Source of the DNA: Macrostomum lignano
Taxonomy: Eukaryota
NCBI GenBank assembly: GCA_002269645.1
Contig: NIVC01001364.1
Span: 192,275 to 256,274 of the forward strand
DNA length: 64,000 nucleotides
Direction: 5' to 3'
The notes under the pieces were generated by a model that was not told the origin of the DNA, did not search any database, and was given only the letters and a program-made list of their open reading frames with translations. Positions 36,577 through 48,500 of the stretch are shown one piece after another. Positions within the stretch are counted from its first letter, which is position 1. Each line of letters opens with the position of its first letter. The position numbers and the translations under genes are program-made.

Positions 36577-39500
36577 TTAAGAAACCATCTGGTGACCCAT
36601 CTGCTGGGTGCGGGTCATTGACAAGTTGAGCTTTCGCTGAGTCAACTCAGCCTTCATCGCGCGCAGCTCAGCCTCCGCTTGTGAACGCAGCTGAAATTGA
36701 TTTTTAATATTGCCTGGTTTATTGAGATTCTGTAGTTTCAGCTTCTAAAGTTCATATATTTTATATGTTTAGTAAATGGACAGTTCACATTGACAGTGTA
36801 CATAGACAGTGTAAAGTAAGAGACAGGAGGGATGTGGGACTCTCAGTGTGACTTTTTGAGGGTGTGACGTTTCGAGGGTGTGACTTTTTGAGGGTGTGAC
36901 TTTTTGAGGGCGACTTTTTGAGGGTGTGACTTTTTAAGGGTGTGAATTTTTGAGGGTGTGACGTTTCGAGGGTGTGACTTTTTGAGGGTGTGACGTTTCG
37001 AGGGTGACTTTTTGAGGGTGTGACTTTTTGAGGGCGACTTTTTGAGGGTGTGACTTTTTAAGGGTGTGAATTTTTGAGGGTGTGACTTTTTGAGGGTGAC
37101 TTTTTGAGGGTGTGACTTTTTGAGGGTGACTTTTTGAGGGTGTGACTTTTTGAGGGTGTGACTTTTTGAGGTCCATGGCCTAGAGACGCGCTCTATGACT
37201 TTCCCCCCCCCTTTCTGGCCACTGCGTGGCTGGCGGGAGGAGTATTTTGTTGTTTTTGTTGTTGTTATAGACAGTGTACATTGACAGTGTACATTGACAG
37301 TGTACATTGACAGTTCCAATCACATTTTCGAATGACAATAACAATGTACACTAAAATTATACGACCTAAAATTTCTAACAGACTAGAATAACTAGAATAA
37401 CAAAAGTTCATATATTTTATATGTTTTAGTAAATGGACAGTTAACATTGACAGTGTACATAGACAGCTCACTTTGACTGTGTACATTGACAGTGTAAAGT
37501 AAGAGACAGGAGGGATGTGGGACTCTCAGTGTGACTTTTTAAGGGTGTGACTTTTGAGGGTGTGACTTTTTGAGGGTGTGACTTTTTGAGGGTGTGACTT
37601 TTTGAGGGTGTGACTTTTTACGGGTGTGACTTTTTGAGGGTGTGACTTTTTGAGGGTGTGACTTTTTGAGGGTGTGACTTTTTGAGGGTGTGACTTTTTG
37701 AGGGTGTGATTTTTTGAGGGTGTGACTTTTTGAGGGTGTGACTTTTTGAGGGTGTGACTTTTTACGGGTGTGACTTTTTAAGGGTGTGACTTTTTGAGGG
37801 TGTGACTTTTTGAGGGTGTGACTTTTTGAGGGTGACTTTTTGAGAGTGACTTTTAGAGGGTGACTTTTTGAGGGTGTGACTTTTTGAGGGTGACTTTTTG
37901 AGGGTGTGACTTTTTGAGGGTGACTTTTTGAGGGTGTGACTTTTTGAGGGTGTGACTTTTTGAGGTCCATGGCCTAGAGACGCGCTCTATGACTTTCCCC
38001 CCCCTTTCTGGCCACTGCGTGGCTGGCGGGAGGAGTATTTTGTTTTTTTTGTTGTTGTTATAGACAGTGTACATTGACAGTGTACATTGACAGTTCCAAT
38101 CACATTTTCGAATGACAATAACAATGTACACTAAAATTATACGACCTAAAATTTCTAACAGACTAGAATAACGTTTTCAGGGTAGATGCTGTCAACTTTG
38201 GCAGAGAAAAGTGAGCACTGCCAGCATCCTCTCCCCAACTAATCAGCTCCTCACTTTCACTTCGGCCGTAAGCTTCATCTTGGAGTCGTCGACTCGACGC
38301 TGAAGCTCCTCGATTTCGTGCTGCATCCGCGTGGCCTGGATGCGCAGGTTCAGCTGCGGGCCAGGGGGATGGGGCGATTTCTTAGAAATCCAGTTTAATT
38401 ACGTGCCAAGGACCAGTAATAATGATGATTTCAGGAGATTGTAAGCACCCTGGCGCAACGCCTGGGGCGACATCGTCTCACAACCAGCCCTGACGGCAAT
38501 TCTGCCCATTCCGCAGACTCCTGAGCACTCGTACACTCGCTCACACAGGATGTACAGCAGCCCTGACTTTCTAATCGTCAGGCATGTACACTGTCTGCGC
38601 CTTGGGGGCTGGCCCTCATGAGTGTATAACTCATGATACTATTAACTAATGTCGCAGAGAACACGCCCAAGGCTTTCGACTGCTCCCTGTCTTTAATAAC
38701 ATGTTCTCTCAATGTATTAATCGACCAAGTGAACTGAACTCCGTTTGAGAAATTCCTATCTCGCTAAAAGCCTTCATATAAGTTAACACGGATCTCCAGT
38801 CTATTGCAGCAGTAGACTCACCTGCTGGGTAGCATCCGGTGTGTCAATATTCTTGCCTTCCTTGACTCGGGACGTCATGGTGCTGACCATCCGCTTGTGA
38901 TAGGACTCAAGCTCATCCCGGAGTCGGTTGGCCTGGTCCTCGAGTGGCGTGGTCAGCTTCTTCTCTTCGAAGTAGCGCTTCTTCCACATGTCTCGGGCTG
39001 CGAGATTTTTGGACAACTTCAATAGTAATTTTTATCTGCATTCTTGATAATTTTGTTTTCCTTAACTTTCTAAAACTTCTGCATACTCCTCCGCACCCTC
39101 GATCGCGAAGCCGATTCACTCCCTACCCCTACAGACCCCAACCCAGCCACATCTCACTTCCTACCCCTACAGACCCCAACCCAGCCACACCTCACTTCCT
39201 ACCCCTACAGACCCCAACCCAGCCACACCTCACTTCCTACCCCTACAGACCCCAACCCAGCCACACCTCACTTCCTACCCCTACAGACCCCAACCCAGCC
39301 ACACCTCACTTCCTACCCCTACAGACCCCAACCCAGCCACACCTCACTTCCTACCCCTACAGACCCCAACCCAGCCACACCTCACTTCCTACCCCTACAG
39401 ACCCCAACCCAGCCACACCTCACTTCCTACCCCTACAGACCCCAACCCAGCCACACCTCACTTCCTATCCCTACAGACCCCAACCCAGCCACACCTCACT

Positions 39501-42500
39501 CCCTACCCCTACAGACCCCAACCCAGCCTCACCTCACTCCCTACCCCTACAGACCCCAACCCAGCCACACCTCACTCCCTACCCCTACAGACCCCAACCC
39601 AGCCACACCTCACTTCCTACCCTAAAGACCCCAACCCAGCCACACCTCACTCCCTACCCCTACAGACCCCAACCCAGCCTCACCTCACTCCCTACCCTAC
39701 AGACCCCAACCCAGCCTCACCTCACTCCCTACCCTACAGACCCCAACCCAGCCTCACCTCACTCCCTACCCCTACAGACCCCAACCCAGCCTCACCTCAC
39801 TCCCTACCCCTACAAACCCCAACCCAGCCTCACCTCACTCCCTACCCCTACAGACCCCAACCCAGCCTCACCTCACTCCCTACCCTACAGACCCCAACCC
39901 AGCCTCACCTCACTCCCTACCCCTACAAACCCCAACCCAGCCTCACCTCACTCCCTACCCCTACAGACCCCAACCCAGCCTCACCTCACTCCCTACCCTA
40001 CAGACCCCAACCCAGCCTCACCTCACTCCCTACCCCTACAGACCCCAACCCAGTCTCACCTCACTCCCTACCCCTACAGACCCCAACCCAGCCTCACCTC
40101 ACTCCCTACCCTACAGACCCCAACCCAGCCTTACCTCACTCCCTACCCCTACAGACCCCAACCCAGCCTCACCTCACTCCCTACCCCTACAGACCCCAAC
40201 CCAGTCTCACCTCACTCCCTACCCCTACAGACCCCAACCCAGCCTCACCTCACTTCCTACCCCTACAGACCCCAACCCAGCCACACCTCACTTCCTACCC
40301 ATACAGACCCCAACCCAGCCACACCTCACTTCCTACCCATACAGACCCCAACCCAGCCACACCTCACTTCCTACCCATACAGACCCCAACCCAGCCACAC
40401 CTCACTTCCTACCCATACAGACCCCAACCCAGCCACACCTCACTTCCTACCCATACAGACCCCAACCCAGCCTCACCTCACTCCCTACCCCTACGAATTG
40501 CCTTCGCTATTCGTCCTACATCATTTTTAACTCCCACAATACTTCTCAACCTCCATGCTGTTGTCCCTGCACAATTTTTCCGCAAGTACATGCTCGTATA
40601 GCTAGGTGTTACTACGCAGCAAAACTATTGAAAATGCTACAAATATTTAGTAAAATCCGAATCAAAAGTAAACATAATGATATAAGTACTCGTAGGTACA
40701 ATAGTAACATATTTTTAGTTTGAGGTTGGAATTACACTGATTTTGTTCATCAATATTTCTCAAGGTTTTATAAGGAACAATTTGGTTCATAATTAGTAGA
40801 ATTTCGTAGATCACCCGACACGCAACAAGTAAATAGAAGGAACTAAGCAATCAGCAATTCAAGCCGTACCAGTAAGACTTTGAAATCCTGAAAGTCAATT
40901 TTTAATTTGATACTTTTTCTCTTATTTTTGTGCCAAGGCAAACTTCGGTGAAAAAAAATTATAAACATTACTGAGAGTAGAGCGAGAAGGAAAAATAGAT
41001 TCACCTTGATTTCGCATGTTCTGCGTCCGCGCCTGCAGCTGCCTGGCCCGCCTGATCAGGTCGTCCCGGCGTCGCTCAATCTCGGTGCGATCGTCGCGAA
41101 TCCGCTGCAGCTCGGAGAGCAGCTGCTCGCCTGTTGCCGAGAGCGGTTAAAAGTACAGAGTGTACTATAATGTTCATACACTAAAACAACTAGAATAATA
41201 AGGTCTGTTAGCACCCCTGTCGCAACGCCTTAAACGAAATCGTCCCATAGACAGTGCTGACGGAAATTGTGCCCGTTCCGCTGACTCCTGAGAGCACACA
41301 AGCGCGCCAATACTGTACGCAGGCACGCACTCATACACACAGCTCACACAGGGTGTACAGCGGCCCTGACTTTCTAATCGTCAGGCATGTGCACTCCCTG
41401 CTTTGGATGTTTTTGCGACTTTCTTAGTCACTTCTTTAGTTCACCTGCACTTGTCTCTGTTTAGTTCCTCTCTCTCCCTCGCTGCCTTCTGATTGGCTGG
41501 CTCTCCAGTCTCGCCTCTTTCCTCGGTCGCACACTCCACCCCTCCTTGTCTTATCTTGCACTGAACCCCCCCCCCCTAATTTTCAATGCCTAAATCACAA
41601 TGTACTGATTTCGGCCCAGCGCTGCCCAATCTCTGACTCATGGTTGCTTTGTTTGTTTTTCAATTTGGAATTTGACAAAAATGACTTTGAATCTGGCATG
41701 CATAAGCAAAGTAAGCTTCAAAACTGGTTGAAAAAAAATTCCGTCAATGGTCAACAGCTCATATTTCTTTTTCGAATTCTATCGTTATCCTAGAATAATT
41801 ATCGCCATTTTCTACACTGCACTACTGACAGTAACCAGAAACGAGTAGCTTGTTAGTAAAAAATCTATTCAAAATGTTCACTGCACGCTGTGCGTTGCCA
41901 TGGTGCCCATCAGCATCATAGAAAGGAATTTACCTACAACTCAGAATTTCCTTGTCTTGAAGGTTTAATACAAGCGGCCTATTCGGGTGCGTACTAACCG
42001 CAACCATATTTGCTTAACTTGTAGGATCTCACAATTAAGGTCATAAGTCGTCATCAGCAGTACTCGTCCCCCCCCCCGAGTGCTGGCATCAGTGGCAGAA
42101 TTCAAAGAGGAAAATTCTCAACAGCAAATTAGTGGACCGCAAGCGAAGGCACGCTGCAGTCACTTACACCTGCCAGCGCGGTGGGTGGTCAACATTGGCT
42201 GAGGATAAATTTCGCTGAAATTTTATAGTATCCAGAGTATTATACTTTACTTTCAGCCCTATTTCATATTGATAGCCAATGAGCCTATGCTTTGACAGCG
42301 ATATTTGGCAACCCTAGCCCTTTAGTCCTAGCTTTAACCCTAACCCTAAACCAAGGGGTCCGCGAAGCCTCTCTATCCGGCCCTCGGGTCCTTTGAAACT
42401 TCACAATAGCAACCCGGCCCGCTCAAGGTTTGTGTCTCTTCTCAGCTCTCTTCTCTCTCATCTCCTCTCCTCTCTCCTCTTCCTCTGAGGTCTCCTCTCA

Positions 42501-45500
42501 CTTCTCTCCTCCCTCCACTCATCTCTCATCTCACCTCTTTCCTCTCTCCCCAGCTCTCCCCTCTCCTCTTCCTCTCCTTTCTCGCCTCATCTGCCCCTCT
42601 CCTCTCTAACCATGCCATCCTCTTCTCTTTCCTCTCCTCTCCACTCTCTTCTCTTATCTCCCCTCTCTATATCCTCTATTCTTCCCTTTTCTCCTCTATA
42701 ACCTCTCTTCTCTTCTCTCCTCTCTCTGGCCCTCTCTCTGCTTTGAAGAAAATTTCCAACCCCAGTCCTAAACCCTAACCACAACCGTAGCTTCTGCCGA
42801 CACCAATCCTAAACCCTAACCACAACCGTAGCTTCTGCCGACACCAATCCTAAACCCTAACCACAACCGTAGCTTCTGCCGACACCAATCCTAAACCCTA
42901 ACCACAACCGTAGCTTCTGCCGACCCCAATCCTAAACCCTAACCACAACCGTAGCTTCTGCCGACACCAATCCCAAACCCTAACCACAACCGTAGCTTCT
43001 GCCGACACCAATCCTAAACCCTAACCACAACCGTAGCTTCTGCCGACCCCAATCCTAAACCCTAACCACAACCGTAGCTTCTGCCGACCCCAATCCTAAA
43101 CCCTAACCACAACCGTAGCTTCTGCCGACCCCAATCCTAAACCCTAACCACAACCGTAGCTTCTGCCGACCCCAATCCTAAACCCTAACTACAACCGTAG
43201 CTTCTGCCGACCCCAATCCTAAACCCTAACCACAACCGTAGCTTCTGCCGACCCCAATCCTAAACCCTAACTACAACCGTAGCTTCTGCCGACCCCAATC
43301 CTAAACCCTAACCACAACCGTAGCTTCTGCCGACCCCAATCCTAAACCCTAACCACAACCGTAGCTTCTGCCGACACCACTTACGATCTCGTCGCATTTC
43401 CTCCTGGGGATCAATTGACGTGGCCTCTTCAATCAGCAGATTAGGAACCATCTGAAAGCAGCAAAAATCAATAGTAAATAAATATCAACTCGGGCATAAA
43501 AGTGATAGACTCTGTTTCCATTGGCAACTGACAATTATCCAAGCAACCAATCTTTCAGGGGTAGAGGCTGCTCTAGGCAAGTAAACTGAGTTTGCTGAGC
43601 ACTTATCCCAATCATTTGAGGGCTGCAGCAGCCGCGGACAGCTCCAGCTCAGGGAAGATTTTTTATTTCCCATTTAGCGAGGATGAGGATTTTTCCCCTT
43701 CCCTGCTGCAGCTCATATATACTTTTTCTAACTCTTATCGGGCGCATTTCTCGCACCTGGCGAACCGGCATAGCAACCAGAATTCTCGCGGGCCTTGCGG
43801 GTGGAAGCTCAGTTCAGTTCCGCAGTCAGCTGCTCACTAACTCACTTTCCCTTCTCATTCCCTATTATTCCCCAATCCGGAGTTCAATGCCATTTTGAGT
43901 CTGTGTGAATTTTTCAGGCTTCAAGTTGACTGTGCAAAAAATGATGAGATACTCAAACTCTAATGAGGTGATGCTCAAAATAAGTTTAATAGGAAGCTCA
44001 AGTCAGCGACAAAGGAACTGGGGATAGATGGGTAGAGGAGTAGAGGGAGAGGGGTAGAGGGAGAGGGGTAGAGGGAGAGGGGTAGAGGGAGAGGGGTAGA
44101 GGGAGAGGGGTGGAGGGAGAGGGGTAGAGGGAGAGGGGTAGAGGGAGAGGGGTAGAGGGAGAGGGGTGGAGGGAGAGGGGTGGAGGGAGAGGGGTAGAAG
44201 GAAATCGATAGGGAGGGGAGAAAGATAGGGGTATATGAAGAGGCAGAAAGAGAGGAACAGTGGAGGAATAGGGAGAGGGGAGACGAAGATTAAGAGGTAG
44301 AGTGAGAAGTAGAGGTGGGATAGCAGGTCAGGCCGGCACAGGGGAGCTCTCACCCCTCCAATTCCGGCCTCTTCCTCTTCTCGCTCTCGCCGTCTCCTCT
44401 CGGCCTCCTCCTCATCGGCGAGTCTGCAAATTCAAAGGCAGATTTTATTATCAAGCATGGAGGCGGGCAACTGATTGTGAAGATTAGTAACTGGGATGCA
44501 CATTGTAACCATGGGATAGATTAGTCATCAAGTATAGGTGAGGTGAGGCTTCAATCAGGCTGTTTTGCAGCCCCAACACAACTATTAATTTAAACTGTGC
44601 CATGCAGAATTAGTTGAAAAAGAAAATAATTAATTTGCCTGGCATGGCAGGCGGTAGGAAGTCAGTCAATAAGATTGCAGCCCGCTGAGCTCTTATTATA
44701 AAACCCCTTAATTGCATGCAGACTCAGGCTTTGAAACCTGTGTGCGCACATTTGGCCGGCTTGAGTAAACACACTGAACAGGCAGAATCAAGAGTGACTG
44801 ACTGATGAGGCTGCCTCCCACACGCTTGAGGGTGAGACTGGCCGAGGCTGAGGACAGTTAAAAACAGCTTGAGTAAATCAGAGGGGGCCAGCGACAAGCA
44901 CAGACAGTTCGGTTGCCATGCCAATCGAGTCCGCCGTGTAAAAAGAGTTGAATAATGAAATGCATCGAATTTTAATTTGTTATAATCATCAAATTAATTA
45001 TTGGGTGAATAAAAACATCGGACACTGTGCTAAAAATGTCAATTTAATTAATTTTGATTAGTTTGATTTATTAGTCGGGTCAAAATCCTGCGCATCAGGC
45101 TCACTCTCGCTTATTCTCTTCGTTTGGGGCCTCGGCCCCGGTTGTTGGCTCTGTTGCCATGACAACCGCATGACTTTCGTCGTCGGCACGACTGTCTTTG
45201 CTTGCGGCGACTGTTTCCTTCAATTTTTTATCTTGAATTTTTCGGAAATTAAAATTGCCTTTAATTTGAGCTTTTGTTTTACTTTTATTTTTTATTTACG
45301 ATTTATTTTTCATTTTTACCGGCTTCGACTGGCTCCGATTTGCTCGGGGATTCCTTGGGGTTGGCGCTGAAATCAGCGGGAAGCGACAATCTTTGACTTC
45401 CTGCCCGATCTACTCTGCCCGATCTACTCTGCCCGATCTACTCTGACCGATCTACTCTGCCCGATCTACTCTGCTTGATCTACTCTGCCCAATCTACTCT

Positions 45501-48500
45501 GCTTGATCTACTCTGCCCAATCTACTCTGCCCGATCGACTCTGCCCAATCTACTCTGCCCGATCGACTCTGCCCGATCTACTCTTTAAAGTCTACTCTGC
45601 CCAATCCACTCTGCCCAATCCACTCTGCCCGATCTACTCTTTCAAATCTACTCTGCCTGATCTACTCTTCCCGATCTACTCTGCCCGATCTACTCTACCC
45701 GATCTACTCTGCCCGATCTACTCTGCCCGATCTACTCTGCCCGATCTACTCTGCCCAATCTACTCTGCCCGATCTACTCTGCCCGATCTACTCTGCCTGA
45801 TCTACTCTGCCTGATCTACTCTGCCCGATCTACTCTGCCCGATTTACTCTGCCTGATCTACTCTGCCTAATGTACTCTGCCCGATCCACGACTTCCGATC
45901 AAAAGTAATCTGCTCTACTCTATCTAGTCTATGAAATCTAATCTGCAAAATCTACAGCCTCCATCCCATACTTCCCATACTCTGTTTAATCTACAATATC
46001 CAAAATATCCTGTGAAACCTTTCCATCGCCGTCCACCCACCTTTGTCTCTCCGCCTCCTCTTCTCTCCAGCGTCGCTCCTCTTCCTCTTCTTTCAGGCGC
46101 CGTCGTCGTTCCTCCTCTTCTTGGCGCCGTCGGCGCTCATCTTCTTCCAGGCGCCTTCGTCGCTCCTCCTCTTCTTGGCGCCGTCGGCGCTCCTCTTCCT
46201 CCCGCATCCGTCTTTCTTCATCCTCGCGCCTTCGGCGCTCCTCCTCCTCCAGACGACGTCTCCGCTCTTCCTCTTCTTCCAGGCGCCGTCGGCGCTCCTC
46301 CTCTTCCCATCTTTTGCGATCTTCTTCTTCTCGTCTTCGACGCTCTTCTTCTTCCTGACGCCGGCGCTGCTCTTCTTCTTCCGCTTTCCTGCAAAATTTG
46401 AAAGCAATTTAGCAATATCAACTAACCCCAGATTGCCAAAGTCTTGGTAGCAAAGCGCGTGATAGGCTGGTTAATAGGGTGATTATCGACTTAAGCATCC
46501 ATTTTACGAGTATGTCAGTTTAAAGTGCGCATGCACTTTTCCACTCGTACTAATAATAACAGGAAAAATTGACAATAGAACAGCAGTCGGTTGTTCTCCA
46601 TCTTCTTGTGGTAGGTTGCTGCAGCGGATGGGGGCAGCGGCTGAGAAGGAATGCAATGTGAGGCTTTTATGGCCCTGAACCGATAGTGCGGCGAGAGCGA
46701 GGGACAGAGAGAGAGAGAAAAGTTTCCGAAGCCAGGCGCTGACTGCTGGGAAGGATGGGCTGCGTGAGGATAAACTGCGGATCCCATAAAAAGCCAAGAT
46801 GGATGAGGAAGGGAGACAGAGCAGGAGACGACAGCTCAGGCTCAATACAGAGGGCTGCTGCATATCAACTGCATTCAAGGCTGCCCAAATTCCTCCTCCA
46901 GCTACTGAAAGAGAATTTTTTAAACAATAAAAAGAAAAGAAAAGCTGACAGCCTTTGGCAGGAGCAGAGGAGACGGGGAACAAAGGAATTTCGGGCTTAC
47001 AGGAAGGATGCTGAAAGTGAGGCTGATGTCGCCTATTTGTTTAACAATATCGGTGCTAAGTTCACATATGAGCACACTGCCAAGCCCATGATTCAGCTAG
47101 GATCTACGAACAGAGACAAAGACCAGGATCTCTAGACAAATATCAGGATCTCTAGACAAAGACCAGAATCTCTAGACAAAGACCAGGATCTCTAGATAAG
47201 ACCGAAATCGCTAGACACAGACCAGGATCTCTAGACAGAGACCAGAATCTCTAGACAAAGACCAGAATCTCTAGACAAATATCAGGATCTCTAGACAAAG
47301 ACCAAAATCTCTAGACAAAGATCAGGATCTCTAGACAAAGACCAGAATCTCTAGACAAAGACCAGGATCTCTAGACAAAGACCAGAATCTCTAGACAAAG
47401 ACCAGGATCTCTAGACAAAGACCAGAATCTCTAGACAAATATCAGGATTTATAGACAAAGACCAGAATCTCTAGACAAAGACCAGGATCTCTAGACAAAG
47501 ACCAGAATCTCTAGACAAAGATCAGGATCTCTAGACAAAGTCCAGGATCTCTAGACAAATATCAGGATCTCTAGACAAAGACCAAAATCTCTAGACAAAG
47601 ACCAGAATCTCTAGACAAATATCAGGATTTATAGACAAAGACCAGAATCTCTAGACAAAGACCAGGATCTCTAGATAAAGACCAGAATCTCTAGACAAAG
47701 ATCAGGATCTCTAGACAAAGTCCAGGATCTCTAGACAAAGACCAGAATCTCTAGACAAAGACCAGGATCTCTAGACAAAGACCAGAATCTCTAGACAAAG
47801 ACCAGGATCTCTAGACAGAGACCAGAATCTCTAGACAGAGACCAGAATCTCTAGACAAATATCAGGATTTATAGACAAAGACCAGAATCTCTAGACAAAG
47901 ACCAGGATCTCTAGACAAAGACCAGAATCTCTAGATAAAGACCAGAATCTCTAGACAAAGATCAGGATCTCTAGACAAAGTCCAGGATCTCTAGACAGAT
48001 ATCAGGATTTCTAGACAAAGTCCAGGATCTCTAGACAAAGACCAGAATCTCTAGATAAAGACCAGAATCTCTAGACAAAGATCAGGATCTCTAGACAAAG
48101 TCCAGGATCTCTAGACAGATATCAGGATTTCTAGACAAAGACCAGAATCTCTAGACAAAGACCAGAATCTCTAGACAAAGATCAGGATCTCTAGACAAAG
48201 TCCAGGATCTCTAGACAGATATCAGGATTTCTAGACAAAGACCAGAATCTCTAGACAAAGTCCAGGATCTCTAGACAAATATCAGGATTTCTAGACAAAG
48301 ACCAGAATCTCTAGACAAAGACCAGAATCTCTAGACAAAGATCAGGATCTCTAGACAAAGATCAGGATCTCTAGACAAAGATCAGGATCTCTAGACACAG
48401 ACCAGGATCTCTAGACACAGACCAGGATCTCTAGACAAAGAATAGAATCCCAGGACTGGGACGAATGTCTCCCTAAAGTTTATAATCTGCAGATTAAGAA

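Noticed and set aside
38944-40530. 528-aa P/T/H-rich ORF
   Set aside because: Translation of the 38-bp array, antisense to the SPATA1 intron.
42295-42430. hAT-like terminal motifs (GGCAACCCTAG; AGGGGTCCGCGAA...CGGCCC)
   Set aside because: No partner TIR or 8-bp TSD found.
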